Shown here: positions 52,311 to 63,072 of the stretch, in pieces
How positions within the stretch are numbered: the first letter of the stretch is position 1
Layout of the letters: each line of letters begins with the position of its first letter
Assembly: GCA_965216565.1 (NCBI GenBank)
Contig: OZ244170.1
Coordinates: 3,360,001 to 3,424,000, forward strand
DNA from: Bythopirellula sp.
Lineage (GTDB): Bacteria > Planctomycetota > Planctomycetia > Pirellulales > Lacipirellulaceae
DNA length: 64,000 nt
Direction: 5' to 3'
Program-made: the position numbers and the translations under genes
Notes under the pieces: generated by a model
Databases searched by the model: none
Seen by the model: only the letters and a program-made list of their open reading frames with translations
Told to the model about the DNA's origin: nothing

Positions 52311-53967
52311 ATCTAGTCCTGCTCGACCACAGGCTGCGGAGAATTCTGCCACATGGAATCCCGACAAGTGCAGTCATGACTAACCCGCACGAACAAGGCT
52401 CTGGAACAACCGCCGCGGCAGCCTGACTGGCGGGCGCATGAATTGCACGTTGCTGCCAATGGAGAAAGTCCAGCCCATCGACGTCGGTATCGCCATCGGC
52501 ATCGCCCGCAGTCATCGAGCTTCCACCACTCGAACCGTAGCCCGCTTCCCAGGCGGAGAGATCATTGCCGTCGACGTCACCGTCGTAGTCGAAGTCGCCG
52601 AGCTCAGGTAGTAAACTCCCATCGGGATTGTGAGCCACACCATCTAGATAGATGGTCGCATCTCCCTGGCCACTGAATTGGATGGAGTCGAGGGTAATTG
52701 CCGTGCCACCGATCGTTCCGTCGGCCAGCGATGTCCAAGCTTCCCACTGGGCATCGTCGCTGAGGTCCCACTGATAGAGGTGCCAATTACCATCAGCAAT
52801 GACGGCTTTGCTCAGACCGCGGTCACTAGTCTTCGCTGGATCGTCCACCGCCAACTGCACGGTGATCCCTGGGTCGTCGGTCTTCAACCAAAAGCCAAGG
52901 TACCCTTCCGCGTCAATCCACTCGTTCGAAGCTGGCCTAGAGGGCGGGCTGCCAATACCTGAGAGATGCCTCAAAAACCAACCTGATGGATCGCCATCAA
53001 TGACAATCTTCTGCGAGGCAGCGCCATCGTGGGCTTGCTCCGTAACGCGCGTTGCCGACGACCCACCAAATATTCCTTGGTTCGAACCCGAAAAGCTAGT
53101 CGGCCAATTGAAGTAGCCTTCGTCTAACTCAAAGTCTGTGAGCGTGTTCATATTTTCAAAAGGAGAAGCTGGAATTGTCGGCGGACCGATTAGAAGTTTT
53201 TCCAAGTCCGCCATGCTGCCATTGAACACGTCGCCATCAACGCCCCCAGCGATTCCCGGGACCGAAGAACTATCCGTCCATTGCCAAAATTTCCAATCGG
53301 TCCAGTTGGGCGTGTCTGAGGCTACCGGAGGATCGGTTGTGCCGGTGCCTTTCCACCACGCCAGCCACAAATCGTGCGTAGCCGCTTGCTCGGCTTCGTA
53401 CCGGTTGTTTGCCCTCCACAGCCCCGAGTAGATCATCGGGCGTACGCCCAACGAATCGTTGACCGTGTCTGAAAATATCTGAGCCCAACGGGAGACAAAT
53501 TCTCTTTCCAAAGCCAGGTTGCCAAAGTCGGGGTCCTTCTCCAAATCGAGTACTGGCAATAGATATGAGCCGGAATTGTAGTAGGGTGAGATGGCATCGA
53601 CAAAATCACTCGCTTCACTGACCGCGTCCAGATAGGGGTCGGTCCCCGGCAACAATGGCCCGCCGGCATACGAAGTGAATGGCACTCCGTTCTTACTTTC
53701 CGGTCGAGCAAAATGATAAGGCCCCACCAATACACCAGCAGCAGTTGCCCCCGCCATATTGGTATGGAACTTGGAGTCGGTAAAGTTCACACCCTCCGTG
53801 GCCTTAGTAAAGGCGAACTCGATCCCTGAGTTTTTTACTTGGGACCAATTGATGTTGCCTTGCCAATGCGAAACATCGATTCCCGAAATAAAAGGTTGCC
53901 CCCAAGCTGAGGAACCTAGCAGAAACAACACGAAGCATGCGTTGCCAAGACGAGGTCTACGCGACAT
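52300..53967 (-). CDS. GH25 muramidase-like protein with accessory beta-domain, dockerin-like repeat and PEP-CTERM
   Basis: GIDVSHWQG, KATEG, GPYHF, LDLE, VDGDVF; GDFDYDGDVDGND; VPEP + TM. Confidence 0.88.
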   Translation of the reverse strand: MSRRPRLGNACFVLFLLGSSAWGQPFISGIDVSHWQGNINWSQVKNSGIEFAFTKATEGVNFTDSKFHTNMAGATAAGVLVGPYHFARPESKNGVPFTSYAGGPLLPGTDPYLDAVSEASDFVDAISPYYNSGSYLLPVLDLEKDPDFGNLALEREFVSRWAQIFSDTVNDSLGVRPMIYSGLWRANNRYEAEQAATHDLWLAWWKGTGTTDPPVASDTPNWTDWKFWQWTDSSSVPGIAGGVDGDVFNGSMADLEKLLIGPPTIPASPFENMNTLTDFELDEGYFNWPTSFSGSNQGIFGGSSATRVTEQAHDGAASQKIVIDGDPSGWFLRHLSGIGSPPSRPASNEWIDAEGYLGFWLKTDDPGITVQLAVDDPAKTSDRGLSKAVIADGNWHLYQWDLSDDAQWEAWTSLADGTIGGTAITLDSIQFSGQGDATIYLDGVAHNPDGSLLPELGDFDYDGDVDGNDLSAWEAGYGSSGGSSMTAGDADGDTDVDGLDFLHWQQRAIHAPASQAAAAVVPEPCSCGLVMTALVGIPCGRILRSLWSSRTRSRK

Positions 53968-54158
53968 GGAAGGTACCTGAGATACGAATGCTGGACGGGT
54001 AAGGTCGAAGGTAAGAAGGTCCCTCCATCTTATGTTTTACCGTAAGTTCCTGGCAAACACGCAAATGCGTTTGCCAGTCGCGAAATAACGCAGCTATAAT
54101 GATAGATATCGTTATTTCTTCGGTACTTTATCAGGCACCCACTCAAGACAACGTCGCC

Positions 54159-54431
54159 ATGGAAAAAAAGCAACTACAAGAGAGTCTGAACTCGCTGCAT
54201 AGCGAACTGAGTGATCGTGACGCGATTGACGGTAAGACTCGCGATCTACTGAAGACTCTCTCCGAGGACATCGATCGACTGCTAGACGATAGCACTGAGA
54301 ACACCCCCGAGGATGTCGAGCCAATTTCCGACCAGGTCCAGGACCTCGTCTTGAAATTCGAAGCTGATCACCCCCAGCTAACCGCCGCTTTAAACCGAGT
54401 TGCGTTGGCGCTGGCAAACATGGGTATCTAG
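54159..54431 (+). CDS. DUF4404-like small helical protein
   Basis: FEADHP...LANMGI C-terminus. Confidence 0.8.
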   Translation: MEKKQLQESLNSLHSELSDRDAIDGKTRDLLKTLSEDIDRLLDDSTENTPEDVEPISDQVQDLVLKFEADHPQLTAALNRVALALANMGI

Positions 54432-54566
54432 GCGACTCCCTTTGCTAGTACCTGTCCCTCTTTTCCTCACCTAGTTGCCACGCGTTTCTTGACGTGGGAT
54501 ACTAGAGCTTGGGTCGCCTCGAACCATCAAACTTTTTTTGCCAGAATTGTTGCAGGGGATATTACC

Positions 54567-54893
54567 ATGAAATCGTTCGCCGTCTTGCTTTTGGGTTGCT
54601 CGCTATGGTTAGGTTCAGAAAGACTAGCTCAGGCACAGGTCGCCTATGTTTCTTACTACCATCCGGCACCCGTCTATAGCCAGCCTGTGGTATACACATC
54701 CAACTACGTGCCTTACACCACGAATTACGTACCCCATACGACTTACTATGCCCCGGCACCAGCGGTCTCGTACCAGCCTGTTGCCCGTGTGCGAACCCGA
54801 TATCGTCCCCTTTTGGGCGGCTCCGTGACCCGTGTGCGGTATGGTTATGCCCCTGTTTATCATCCCCCGGCACCGGTTGTGGTTGCCTATTGA
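54567..54893 (+). CDS. Secreted Tyr/Pro/Val-rich small protein
   Basis: GGGG RBS, signal peptide, TxYxP repeats. Confidence 0.7.
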   Translation: MKSFAVLLLGCSLWLGSERLAQAQVAYVSYYHPAPVYSQPVVYTSNYVPYTTNYVPHTTYYAPAPAVSYQPVARVRTRYRPLLGGSVTRVRYGYAPVYHPPAPVVVAY

Positions 54894-54978
54894 GGCTCAA
54901 AGGCCGAGACTAGGGGCTGCGTGGTGACAAGTAGGTCACCTCCAGCCTACCGCCTGACGTCCGACGCCTTCCTCAATT

Positions 54979-57678
54979 ATGGCCGAGCTAAAGACTTTTC
55001 TCTTTACCGACATCTGTCGCAGCGTTGATCTCAAGAACGAGATGATCGGTCGGAGCATGACCGAACGCGACGCGGCGTTTGTTTCTCAAATCCTCTCGCC
55101 CCATCGACTGTACATCGAGCAGGATCTTGCGGAGAACGGGGGACGCGTTGTCTCTACGGCAGGCGATGGACACTTTCTGGTTTTTCAAAATACGGTGCTT
55201 GCCGCCCAGTGGGCTGCCAGCGTCCAACGCCTTCATCACGAGAAACCAATTGAGACCCCCGGCGGCGGAAACGTCGAAGTCCGCATCAGCATGCACGTCG
55301 GCGTGCCACAAGTAGACCCTAACGACCCAGACAATTTTGTCGGCAAGACGGTCGACTACGCAGCACGGCTCAACGACTACGCCAATGGCAGTCAAATCCT
55401 TGTGTCGCGTAGTGTGATGGCCATTCTGGATGACATCGGGCTAGATGGCATCTCATTTCATAATCACGGTCGCCGTCACCTCAAGGGCATTGGACAGGTC
55501 GAAGTTCATGAGTTGCTTTACGATGAAGACGGCCCACGCACTCCCAGGCAACGGCCCCAAAGTCATTCCGACCGCCAGTGGACGGTCATTCCTACCGTCG
55601 GTTTCGAAGGTAGCGAAGGCTCTGGTGATGGGTCCGATGTTTCGCTTGCCGCGCCGCCCAGCTTGAAACGAGCGGGCAACTATCAGCTAGAAGAAGTCCT
55701 CGGCAGCGGCGGCATGGGCGATGTCTACAAGGGCCGACATTTGCAGTTTGGACGAGTGCGGGCCGTTAAGGTGATCAAGCCACAGTATGTGGCCTCCGGC
55801 AATAAAGAAATGATCCGCCGCTTCTATCAGGAAATCAAAGCGGTGGGGACACTGGAACATAAGAATATTGTGGTGGCGATTGACTCCTCCACGCCCGAGG
55901 ATCGATTGCATTATCTGGTGATGGAATACATCGACGGGGTGGCCCTCAACGACTTGGTCGATCAGGCGGGTCATTTTCGCGTTGCTGATGCTTGCGAAAT
56001 CATTCGACAAGCAGCACGAGGGTTGCAATATATTCATCGCAATAACATGGTGCACCGCGACATAAAGCCTTCGAACCTGATGATTTCGCTATTCGATAGC
56101 GATGGCGTGACGTCGAGCACAGCCGTGCCCCACGAGGGCGAGGAGATGGTGGGCGTCGTCAAGATTCTCGACCTGGGTTTGGCATTATTGAACGAGGAGC
56201 AGAACGAACGTCTGACGCGGTTTGATAACAAAGCGATGGGTACCGGCATGTATATGTCGCCCGAGCAATGGAAAACCACCAGCGTCGATATTCGTGCCGA
56301 TATCTACAGCCTGGGTTGTACGCTATATCATTTGTTGGCCGGTAATCCGCCGTTCTTCGATTCTGATCTTCGTCCAGAGAAAGCGCACGAGAAATCGGCG
56401 ATCCCGCCCATTAATACTGGCGACAACATTCCGCGTAAGTTATGGGATGTGTTGCGAAAAATGACCGCCAAGAAGCCCGAGGATCGCTACGCCACGCCAG
56501 CGGAAGTCTCGATGGCACTCACACCTTTTACCGAGGGCAGCGACCTCGTTTCCCTCGTGCGTCAATATGTCGATCCCAATAGTTCACCCAGTTCTATTCG
56601 ACATACCCGCGTCGACTCTGGTGCAGGTGTCGACACCTGGCTATCGCGGGCTACCCATCTTTATCCGACGCGTCGCTGGCTATTCGGTCGCGCCATCCCA
56701 CTACTCTTACTTGGTTTTGGACTAGCGAGTGTGTTTTATGTGATGCAGCAGAATCGCAAGAATACCATTGCCGAGGGAATGCTACGCGAGCGAAAGAGTC
56801 TGCTCAAAAGTGCTGACAATGGCGAAGAGTGGCTCGGCAAAGAGATCACAAAACGGTTTGACATTTTGCTCAAGGCAGCCAGCGACCCACAACTGGGCGA
56901 TTTAATAAAGAATTTCGACGCAGAAGAGGTTCGCAGCCAGGAAGCCGATCACCCGCTCATCGCATGGATCGAGAAACAGCGGAAAGATAATTACGACGAT
57001 GCGCACTCCAGCAGTTGGTTCATCAACGACTCCCAAGGCCGTCAAATCGCTCGACATCCCTTCTTCGAAGACGGGCATATCGTGAACAGTTTTATGGGCG
57101 ATTACTCGCATCGAGACTACTTTCATGGCGAGGACAATCAACGGGAGGAAGATAATACCGAGAGTGTCCGTCCGATCGAGGCACCCAATATCTCGGCGGT
57201 GTATATCAGCAGTAGCAGTGGCAAGCTGAAAGTGGCGTTTTCTGTACCCATCTGGTCGCAGCCCGAAGGAGACGATGAGCCTCAGGTGCTTGGGGTGCTC
57301 TCTTCTTCATTTAATCTAGGCGACTTCGAAGTCTCTGGCCTTCCGCATAGCGAAGGCGAGCAGATTGTGTTGGTCGATATGCGCGTCGACTATTTGGAAG
57401 GTGAAGCCAAGCGGGGATTGATCCTTAACCACGAGCATCAAAGCATCTGGAAAGAAAAAGTGCCGCCGCGAGTTTCCAAGCAGGTTCGCGAGGCAATGCT
57501 GGCCGGGGAGGATCGATTCATTCCCGGTTATCGCGATCCGCTTTCGATTGATGGGGAGAAAACATTCTGGGGTGCTTTCGCCCCGATCGATTACTCGCTC
57601 CGCGACCTAAAAACCGGCCGCATGAGAAAAGTCCCCTCAGGCTGGACGGTGCTGGTGCAGACCGAGGCGATTGAGTAG
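54979..57678 (+). CDS. Class III nucleotidyl cyclase-Ser/Thr kinase-TM-Cache-like receptor
   Basis: LFTD, TAGDG, VRISMHVG, AARL (cyclase); GSGGMG, AVK, HRDIKPSN, DLG, YMSPEQ (kinase); TM; DYSHRDYF, VAFSVPIW (Cache-like). Confidence 0.88.
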   Translation: MAELKTFLFTDICRSVDLKNEMIGRSMTERDAAFVSQILSPHRLYIEQDLAENGGRVVSTAGDGHFLVFQNTVLAAQWAASVQRLHHEKPIETPGGGNVEVRISMHVGVPQVDPNDPDNFVGKTVDYAARLNDYANGSQILVSRSVMAILDDIGLDGISFHNHGRRHLKGIGQVEVHELLYDEDGPRTPRQRPQSHSDRQWTVIPTVGFEGSEGSGDGSDVSLAAPPSLKRAGNYQLEEVLGSGGMGDVYKGRHLQFGRVRAVKVIKPQYVASGNKEMIRRFYQEIKAVGTLEHKNIVVAIDSSTPEDRLHYLVMEYIDGVALNDLVDQAGHFRVADACEIIRQAARGLQYIHRNNMVHRDIKPSNLMISLFDSDGVTSSTAVPHEGEEMVGVVKILDLGLALLNEEQNERLTRFDNKAMGTGMYMSPEQWKTTSVDIRADIYSLGCTLYHLLAGNPPFFDSDLRPEKAHEKSAIPPINTGDNIPRKLWDVLRKMTAKKPEDRYATPAEVSMALTPFTEGSDLVSLVRQYVDPNSSPSSIRHTRVDSGAGVDTWLSRATHLYPTRRWLFGRAIPLLLLGFGLASVFYVMQQNRKNTIAEGMLRERKSLLKSADNGEEWLGKEITKRFDILLKAASDPQLGDLIKNFDAEEVRSQEADHPLIAWIEKQRKDNYDDAHSSSWFINDSQGRQIARHPFFEDGHIVNSFMGDYSHRDYFHGEDNQREEDNTESVRPIEAPNISAVYISSSSGKLKVAFSVPIWSQPEGDDEPQVLGVLSSSFNLGDFEVSGLPHSEGEQIVLVDMRVDYLEGEAKRGLILNHEHQSIWKEKVPPRVSKQVREAMLAGEDRFIPGYRDPLSIDGEKTFWGAFAPIDYSLRDLKTGRMRKVPSGWTVLVQTEAIE

Positions 57679-57811
57679 AACCAGATTCAAAAATCGAATA
57701 AAGACCTATGTGAGCCGGCGGCGCTACCTGCTAGTAGCGTAAATCGAGGTGTTGTTTAGATGCCACCCGATGCTAGCGCGTTCGGCTCATTGATCTTCAA
57801 ACTGCTTCTAG
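57675..57811 (-). mobile_element. MITE-like element (family A, copy 2)
   Basis: Reverse complement aligns to 16131-16288 apart from a 21-bp indel. Confidence 0.75.
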
Positions 57812-57829
57812 CCAGAATTCAACATCCCA

Positions 57830-57870
57830 TAAAAAAGAAAAGCCGACGATTTCTCGCCGGCTTTTCTGTT
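57830..57870 (-). terminator. Intrinsic terminator after the cold-shock gene (possibly bidirectional)
   Basis: AGAAAAGCCG...CGGCTTTTCT stem with A/T tracts. Confidence 0.75.
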
Positions 57871-57888
57871 ATTTGGATTCGCTATGAA

Positions 57889-58086
57889 CTAAACAGGTGT
57901 TACCTGCTCAGCTCGCGGGCCCTTGGGACCTGTGCCTTCAACATAGGTCACTTTTTGGCCTTCCTTCAGGTCGTCAAAGTGAACACCTTCGACGTTCGAC
58001 ATGTGGAAAAACATGTCCTGATTTGTGCCGTTGTCAATGAATCCAAAACCTTTGTCCGTTAGTCGCTTAATAGTACCTTCAGCCAT
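57889..58086 (-). CDS. Cold-shock domain protein
   Basis: KGFGFI (RNP1), MFFHMS (RNP2), GPKGPRA. Confidence 0.95.
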   Translation of the reverse strand: MAEGTIKRLTDKGFGFIDNGTNQDMFFHMSNVEGVHFDDLKEGQKVTYVEGTGPKGPRAEQVTPV

Positions 58087-58358
58087 CTCAAAAAAACCTC
58101 AACAAAAAAAGCTCGATGCTGACCCAAGATCAACGCAAAAATGCGGCCGCATCGTTCTTTGAATATAGCGGATCGGCTCTAGATATCAATCGTCTATCGA
58201 GAGAATAATTCGCACCCAGAAGCTAGCTATTTCAGTGCTTTTACACTTCGGTCGCAGACCGAGAAAGCCCTATCTTAACTGGCTAGGGTTCCGCTCGTGT
58301 GGCTTCGATATTCGTGGAGAAACCCAATTTGTGTATCGAGTTTGCCAATTGGGGACGT

Positions 58359-59444
58359 CTATTTGCGTTCGCTAGTCGCAGGCTTGGCCACCAGTTCTAG
58401 GAGGCGATCCACAATGCCCGCCACAAAATGTTGAGTCAGCGTTGCCGCCAGGATCATCAGAATAGCACGCGGCTGATCTCTAAGCACCTCGCCCGCCAGC
58501 ACTAACGCTAATCCGTTGTGCTTCATACTGAATCCGAAAATGAGCGACACCAACGATGGGCGATCCAAGCGAAAAAGGCGTGATGTCACCCAGGCGGAAA
58601 GAACGCCTAAAGCCGATAGAGAGACTGCCAAGACGACGGCAAAGAGGATGGCCTTGAGGCTTTCGCTAGAGAAAATCTCCGAACTGTCAGTCACAGCCAG
58701 CGATGCGTTGGTGTAGTTGAGCGTCAGCAGGGACACAGAACTCACCAACCGAATCAAGCCCCGCTGCTTTTCGATGGCCTCGACGCCGACAATCCGATTG
58801 TAGGTGAGCCCTGCCGCAGAAGGCAGGATCACCCAGATAATGAAAAAGACCCCCGAGAATCGCACCACAAGTTCTTCCGTCTGCTTTGTCTCCTCGGGAG
58901 ATAGCAGAAAGCCCATCAGCTTGAGCATCTGCGGTGTGGCCAGCGGGCTCAATACGATCGTGACAATTATGAGCCCCAAACCAAGTGCTACATTGCCACG
59001 AGCACTTTGGGTCCAGGCCACCGAAGAGTTGGCCACCGGCATGGCCGCGATCAAGGCGAGACCTACCATCAATCCCACGGAAGCAGATTCGCCAATGGCA
59101 AACGGCAGTGCACGGCTGAGCAGACTGATATACAGCCCAGGCACCACCCAGACGAATAACAACGCCACCAGCAGGATGCCCGGTTTTTGCATGAGACTAC
59201 GCACTTGCGACCATTGGACCACCGAAGCAGCGCAAAACAATAGCAGCGCCAGCAGTATCATTGGGGCGGTGATATCGCTACCGGCTGATTGGCCGAACGT
59301 GAGCGAGCGAATCAGCCGTGCCGGTTCGGGCATGAACACAGCTAGTACATAGCTCAGCATCAATAGCCAAAGGAAGTTGCGATGCATCCAGCCCACAACG
59401 ACAGTAAACCAATGTCCATCCTTGTTGTTTTCCTCGAGCGCCAT
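58359..59444 (-). CDS. Bile acid:sodium symporter-family transporter
   Basis: MPVANSS, GNVAL, MKHNGLA motifs; many TM helices. Confidence 0.8.
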   Translation of the reverse strand: MALEENNKDGHWFTVVVGWMHRNFLWLLMLSYVLAVFMPEPARLIRSLTFGQSAGSDITAPMILLALLLFCAASVVQWSQVRSLMQKPGILLVALLFVWVVPGLYISLLSRALPFAIGESASVGLMVGLALIAAMPVANSSVAWTQSARGNVALGLGLIIVTIVLSPLATPQMLKLMGFLLSPEETKQTEELVVRFSGVFFIIWVILPSAAGLTYNRIVGVEAIEKQRGLIRLVSSVSLLTLNYTNASLAVTDSSEIFSSESLKAILFAVVLAVSLSALGVLSAWVTSRLFRLDRPSLVSLIFGFSMKHNGLALVLAGEVLRDQPRAILMILAATLTQHFVAGIVDRLLELVAKPATSERK

Positions 59445-59747
59445 ACAAACTCTGTGAAATGCTCAGATCAGTTGCGTTGATTTAAAGGCTCGAGTGACTG
59501 GCGCCGGAGTACAGCCTCAGACTTGAGGCACCGGAATAAATTGAGACGCCCTGTGCGAAATTTATCTTTCTCTAAGAATAGCAGATGCAACCGCATCTTT
59601 CATCGCCAGTATCGCCCTTGGGGAGAACCTCTTCGACAGCAGCAGTGTCCATAGGACCTGCGAACCCCTATAGTGTCATGTCGCGACTGCGATGCCGATC
59701 CCCGCCTGCCTTCCCCCTCAAAATTCCTCCCTATCCATTCTCGCCTT

Positions 59748-61082
59748 ATGTCGACTGCCCTGGAACCAGCTGAAGAACAATTGGAGTTGTCCATTCAGGG
59801 TGGCGACAGTGTGGCTGCAGTGCAAGTTGTCGAACCGCCAGAGGCTCGCATTTTCTACGGTTGGGTGATGTTGCCTCTGGCTACCCTGCTGATGCTCGCG
59901 ACGAGTCCTGGTCAAACATTTGGTGTGGCATTCTTTAATACCCATTTCCTGGCTGAGTTTGGATTGAGCAAGACAGGTCTCTCGACTATCTACCTCGCGG
60001 CTACATTGCTGGCTTCATTCTGCATTCCTATGATTGGCCATTTGGTCGACAAGTTTGGCCTGCGTCTCGCCGTGCTCTGTGCCCTGACAGGCATGACTCT
60101 TGCCTGCGTTGGTTGTTCACAAATCACAGGTAGCTTCACGATGTTCTTGGCATTTCTTGCGCTTCGTGTAACGGGCCCAGGCACGCTGACATTGCTCTCC
60201 ACCAATACTCTGGCTGCCTGGTTTGATCGTCGACTTGGCAGAGTCAGCAGCATTACGCAAATTGCCATGGCAGGCAGTTGGGCAATTGTACCCGTGTTGT
60301 TTGTAACACTGATTGATACGTTCGGTTGGCGCGATGCCTATTTGGCAATCGCAGGTGTGTTTGCCTTGGGCATACTCCCGCTGATGGCTGCCTTCTATCG
60401 TCAATCGCCGGCGGAGCTAGGACAAGAACCCGATGGGGTGCGCTTCGACTTAGATGGATCCAAAAACCCCACGTCGTTTCAATATCAGTTCACGGTAGGC
60501 GAAGCGGCGCGGCACCATGCTTACTGGATCCTGGTTGCTTCCACCGCGCTGTGGGCATTGATCGGAACGGGTTTGATTTTCCATTTGGCCCCGGTTTACG
60601 AATCGATAGGACTGACGGCCAAAGATGGCACAAACTCATTGACCAGCTTGGCGGTGGTGATGGCAACCATGCAGCTCGTTGGAGGAGTATTGGCAGACCG
60701 CATTGCGTTGCGCTGGATTCTTCTCACTTCGATGTCGCTGCTTACCTTTGCTTGTGTGCTGTTTGCCACCGCAGAGACACATCGGATTCTATTTTTGGGC
60801 TACGTCGTGTATGGAGCTTCGCAAGGTCTGATGACGATCATCGCCAACACGGCTTGGGCAAGATTCTTCGGTCGGCAACACCTCGGTAAGATCCGCGGAA
60901 CATCTCTCACGGCCGCAGTCGCAGGAAGTGCTGTCGGCCCAGTGATGATGGGCGTGAGTGCCGACTACCTGGGTGGTTTTGCACCATCTTTCTGGCTATT
61001 CGCCGCAGTTGCCGGAGTGGTCACCCTGGCCGCATTCTGGGCGACACCACCCGAGAGCACTAAGCTCCCAACTGACGCCTAA
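59748..61082 (+). CDS. MFS transporter
   Basis: GHLVDKFGLR motif A, about 12 TM helices, FFGRQHLGKIRG. Confidence 0.9.
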   Translation: MSTALEPAEEQLELSIQGGDSVAAVQVVEPPEARIFYGWVMLPLATLLMLATSPGQTFGVAFFNTHFLAEFGLSKTGLSTIYLAATLLASFCIPMIGHLVDKFGLRLAVLCALTGMTLACVGCSQITGSFTMFLAFLALRVTGPGTLTLLSTNTLAAWFDRRLGRVSSITQIAMAGSWAIVPVLFVTLIDTFGWRDAYLAIAGVFALGILPLMAAFYRQSPAELGQEPDGVRFDLDGSKNPTSFQYQFTVGEAARHHAYWILVASTALWALIGTGLIFHLAPVYESIGLTAKDGTNSLTSLAVVMATMQLVGGVLADRIALRWILLTSMSLLTFACVLFATAETHRILFLGYVVYGASQGLMTIIANTAWARFFGRQHLGKIRGTSLTAAVAGSAVGPVMMGVSADYLGGFAPSFWLFAAVAGVVTLAAFWATPPESTKLPTDA

Positions 61083-61857
61083 GGTCCGCGACTGTGTCGC
61101 GTACCTGATCGAAATCTGCCAGGCGTTCTTCAAGTTCAGTCAGTTGACGTCGCAACGCGGCCACTTCAGACTTCAACTCGCTAACATCTGAGGAACCCCC
61201 GGCTGGAGCGGAACCCGCAGGCTGGGTCGCCGACGCACTTATTGAAGTCGGAACGGACGCTGCAGCAGGCGCCGACGCGGAGACGTCCGGCGGGGATGAA
61301 TCCTGGGCTGACCCGAACTCGTTGCGAAGCTTTTCCAATTCACGCTCTTCGTACAAACAATGAGTAACCACACATCCACGTCCCGGGGGAGTCAGGTATT
61401 GCAGCAGCCCTTTGTGACGCAAAGTTTCGACGATCGGCTGTAGCTCTGATATACCCTTGATGGGCTCCATGCGAGCGGCACGGCCCCGCAACTCGCCGAG
61501 TGTTTGGGCACCACGGAGCAACAACTCGGCCATCACCGCAAGTTCCACTTTATCGACACCCAACCATTCGTACATCAAGTGACGGTACTTCTCGGCTCGA
61601 CCATCGCCCTGAATCTGCGAAACGGCCCCCTCTTTCCGCAACACTTCTAAAGCGTCGTAAACCTGCTCTTCGTCGAGCTGCATTTGGGGCGACCGATTGC
61701 TTTTTTGGTTGCAACCATTCACCAACGAATTGAGCGTGAGCGGATAGTTGTCGGGCGTCGTCTTCGCCTTCTCGATGAGCACTCCGACAGCTCGGCGCTC
61801 GATTCGCCCGAGCGGATGCCAGCGCTGAGGATCTTGCTGGATGGTTTCGCCGGCCAT
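61060..61857 (-). CDS. DUF480 (YceH-like) protein
   Basis: EKAKTTPDNYPLTLN, CNQKSNR, LLLRGAQTLGELR. Confidence 0.9.
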   Translation of the reverse strand: MAGETIQQDPQRWHPLGRIERRAVGVLIEKAKTTPDNYPLTLNSLVNGCNQKSNRSPQMQLDEEQVYDALEVLRKEGAVSQIQGDGRAEKYRHLMYEWLGVDKVELAVMAELLLRGAQTLGELRGRAARMEPIKGISELQPIVETLRHKGLLQYLTPPGRGCVVTHCLYEERELEKLRNEFGSAQDSSPPDVSASAPAAASVPTSISASATQPAGSAPAGGSSDVSELKSEVAALRRQLTELEERLADFDQVRDTVADLRRQLGA

Positions 61858-62050
61858 AATTTTTCTTTCTCTCGTTCCTGAAGTCGAATGAGCCGAATGC
61901 CTTGGATGAATTGTCAGTTTACCACTGAATCGCCCGTAGGTAAGGGTCCGGTAGGCCCGGGCTACGTTACAAACCTGTTACGCTTGGCACGTTGGTAGAA
62001 TCGTAGAATTGAAAGAGGGCTCCTAGCACTACAGCCCAGCATCGGGAGTT

Positions 62051-62171
62051 GAAAAAAGGGACTGGCTCGACGCTCGGATTCGGTAGGCCCCGCCAACGGA
62101 CGCAGTGTCGTCGTGCCTGTCCCTTTTTTCGACGGACCACTGTTAGCCCTGCTGGAAATGGGGACAGGCAC
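62051..62171 (-). repeat. Family B palindromic repeat (copy 2, plus a partial copy at 62156-62171)
   Basis: GGGACTGGCTCGACG...CGTCGTGCCTGTCCC, then GGGGACAGGCAC. Confidence 0.75.
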
Positions 62172-62373
62172 ATGATGACGTCTACGTGTAATCACTTACA
62201 ACGCTATGTTTCGCCATCACGAGCCAGTTCCCGTTTCAGGTTTACCCGGCGCTGGAGTATTAGCCGACCGTTGAGTGTGACTTAGATTGACAATGGGCAG
62301 TGACATTGGGAATCATTGCGCACGACTATAGAATCAGATATTAGCCGCGATCCGATGGGTCGCCGGAGCGAAC

Positions 62374-63072
62374 ATGCCAAATCAAACTATCCTCACCATC
62401 GAAGACGATGCAGCCATCCGCCGCGGTGTGGTCGATGCGCTTGCATTCGCTGGGTACCAGGTGATCGAAGCGGGCGACGGAGAACAAGGTTGCCAACTGG
62501 CGCTGAGTCGCGATTTTGATCTGCTACTGCTCGACCTAGTTCTGCCAGGGATGATGGGGCTCGATATCTTGCAGCAATTCCGCAACGTGCGGCCCACCGT
62601 GCCCGTGATTATCCTTAGCGCTCGCGGCGAAGAAAACGACCGCGTCTCTGGTTTGCGGTTGGGAGCCGACGATTATGTCGTGAAGCCGTTTAGCGTGAAC
62701 GAACTGTTGGCCCGGGTCGACGCGGTATTACGTCGCTCGCCCGGCAGGCCCAGCGAGATTGCTACCATGCAACTGGCCGGGGGCGAGGTCGATTTTAATC
62801 GTTGCGAAGTGCGATTCAGCGATGGGCAATGCGAAACTCTCTCGGAGCGCGAATCGGAACTGCTGAAGTACCTGGCACGGCATGCGGGTCGTGCGGTCGC
62901 GCGGGAAGAATTGCTCAACAATGTCTGGCAAATTGATGCCCGGGGTGTGAGTACGCGAACAGTCGATATGCACATTGCCCGACTGCGAGAGAAGCTCCGC
63001 GACGAATCGATCCTAGTTACCGTGCGGGGCAAGGGTTACATGCTGGCCAACAAGATTGCAAATTTACCATGA
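62374..63072 (+). CDS. OmpR-family DNA-binding response regulator
   Basis: LLDLVLP, GADDYVVKPF, RTVDMHIARLREKL, TVRGKGY. Confidence 0.95.
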   Translation: MPNQTILTIEDDAAIRRGVVDALAFAGYQVIEAGDGEQGCQLALSRDFDLLLLDLVLPGMMGLDILQQFRNVRPTVPVIILSARGEENDRVSGLRLGADDYVVKPFSVNELLARVDAVLRRSPGRPSEIATMQLAGGEVDFNRCEVRFSDGQCETLSERESELLKYLARHAGRAVAREELLNNVWQIDARGVSTRTVDMHIARLREKLRDESILVTVRGKGYMLANKIANLP

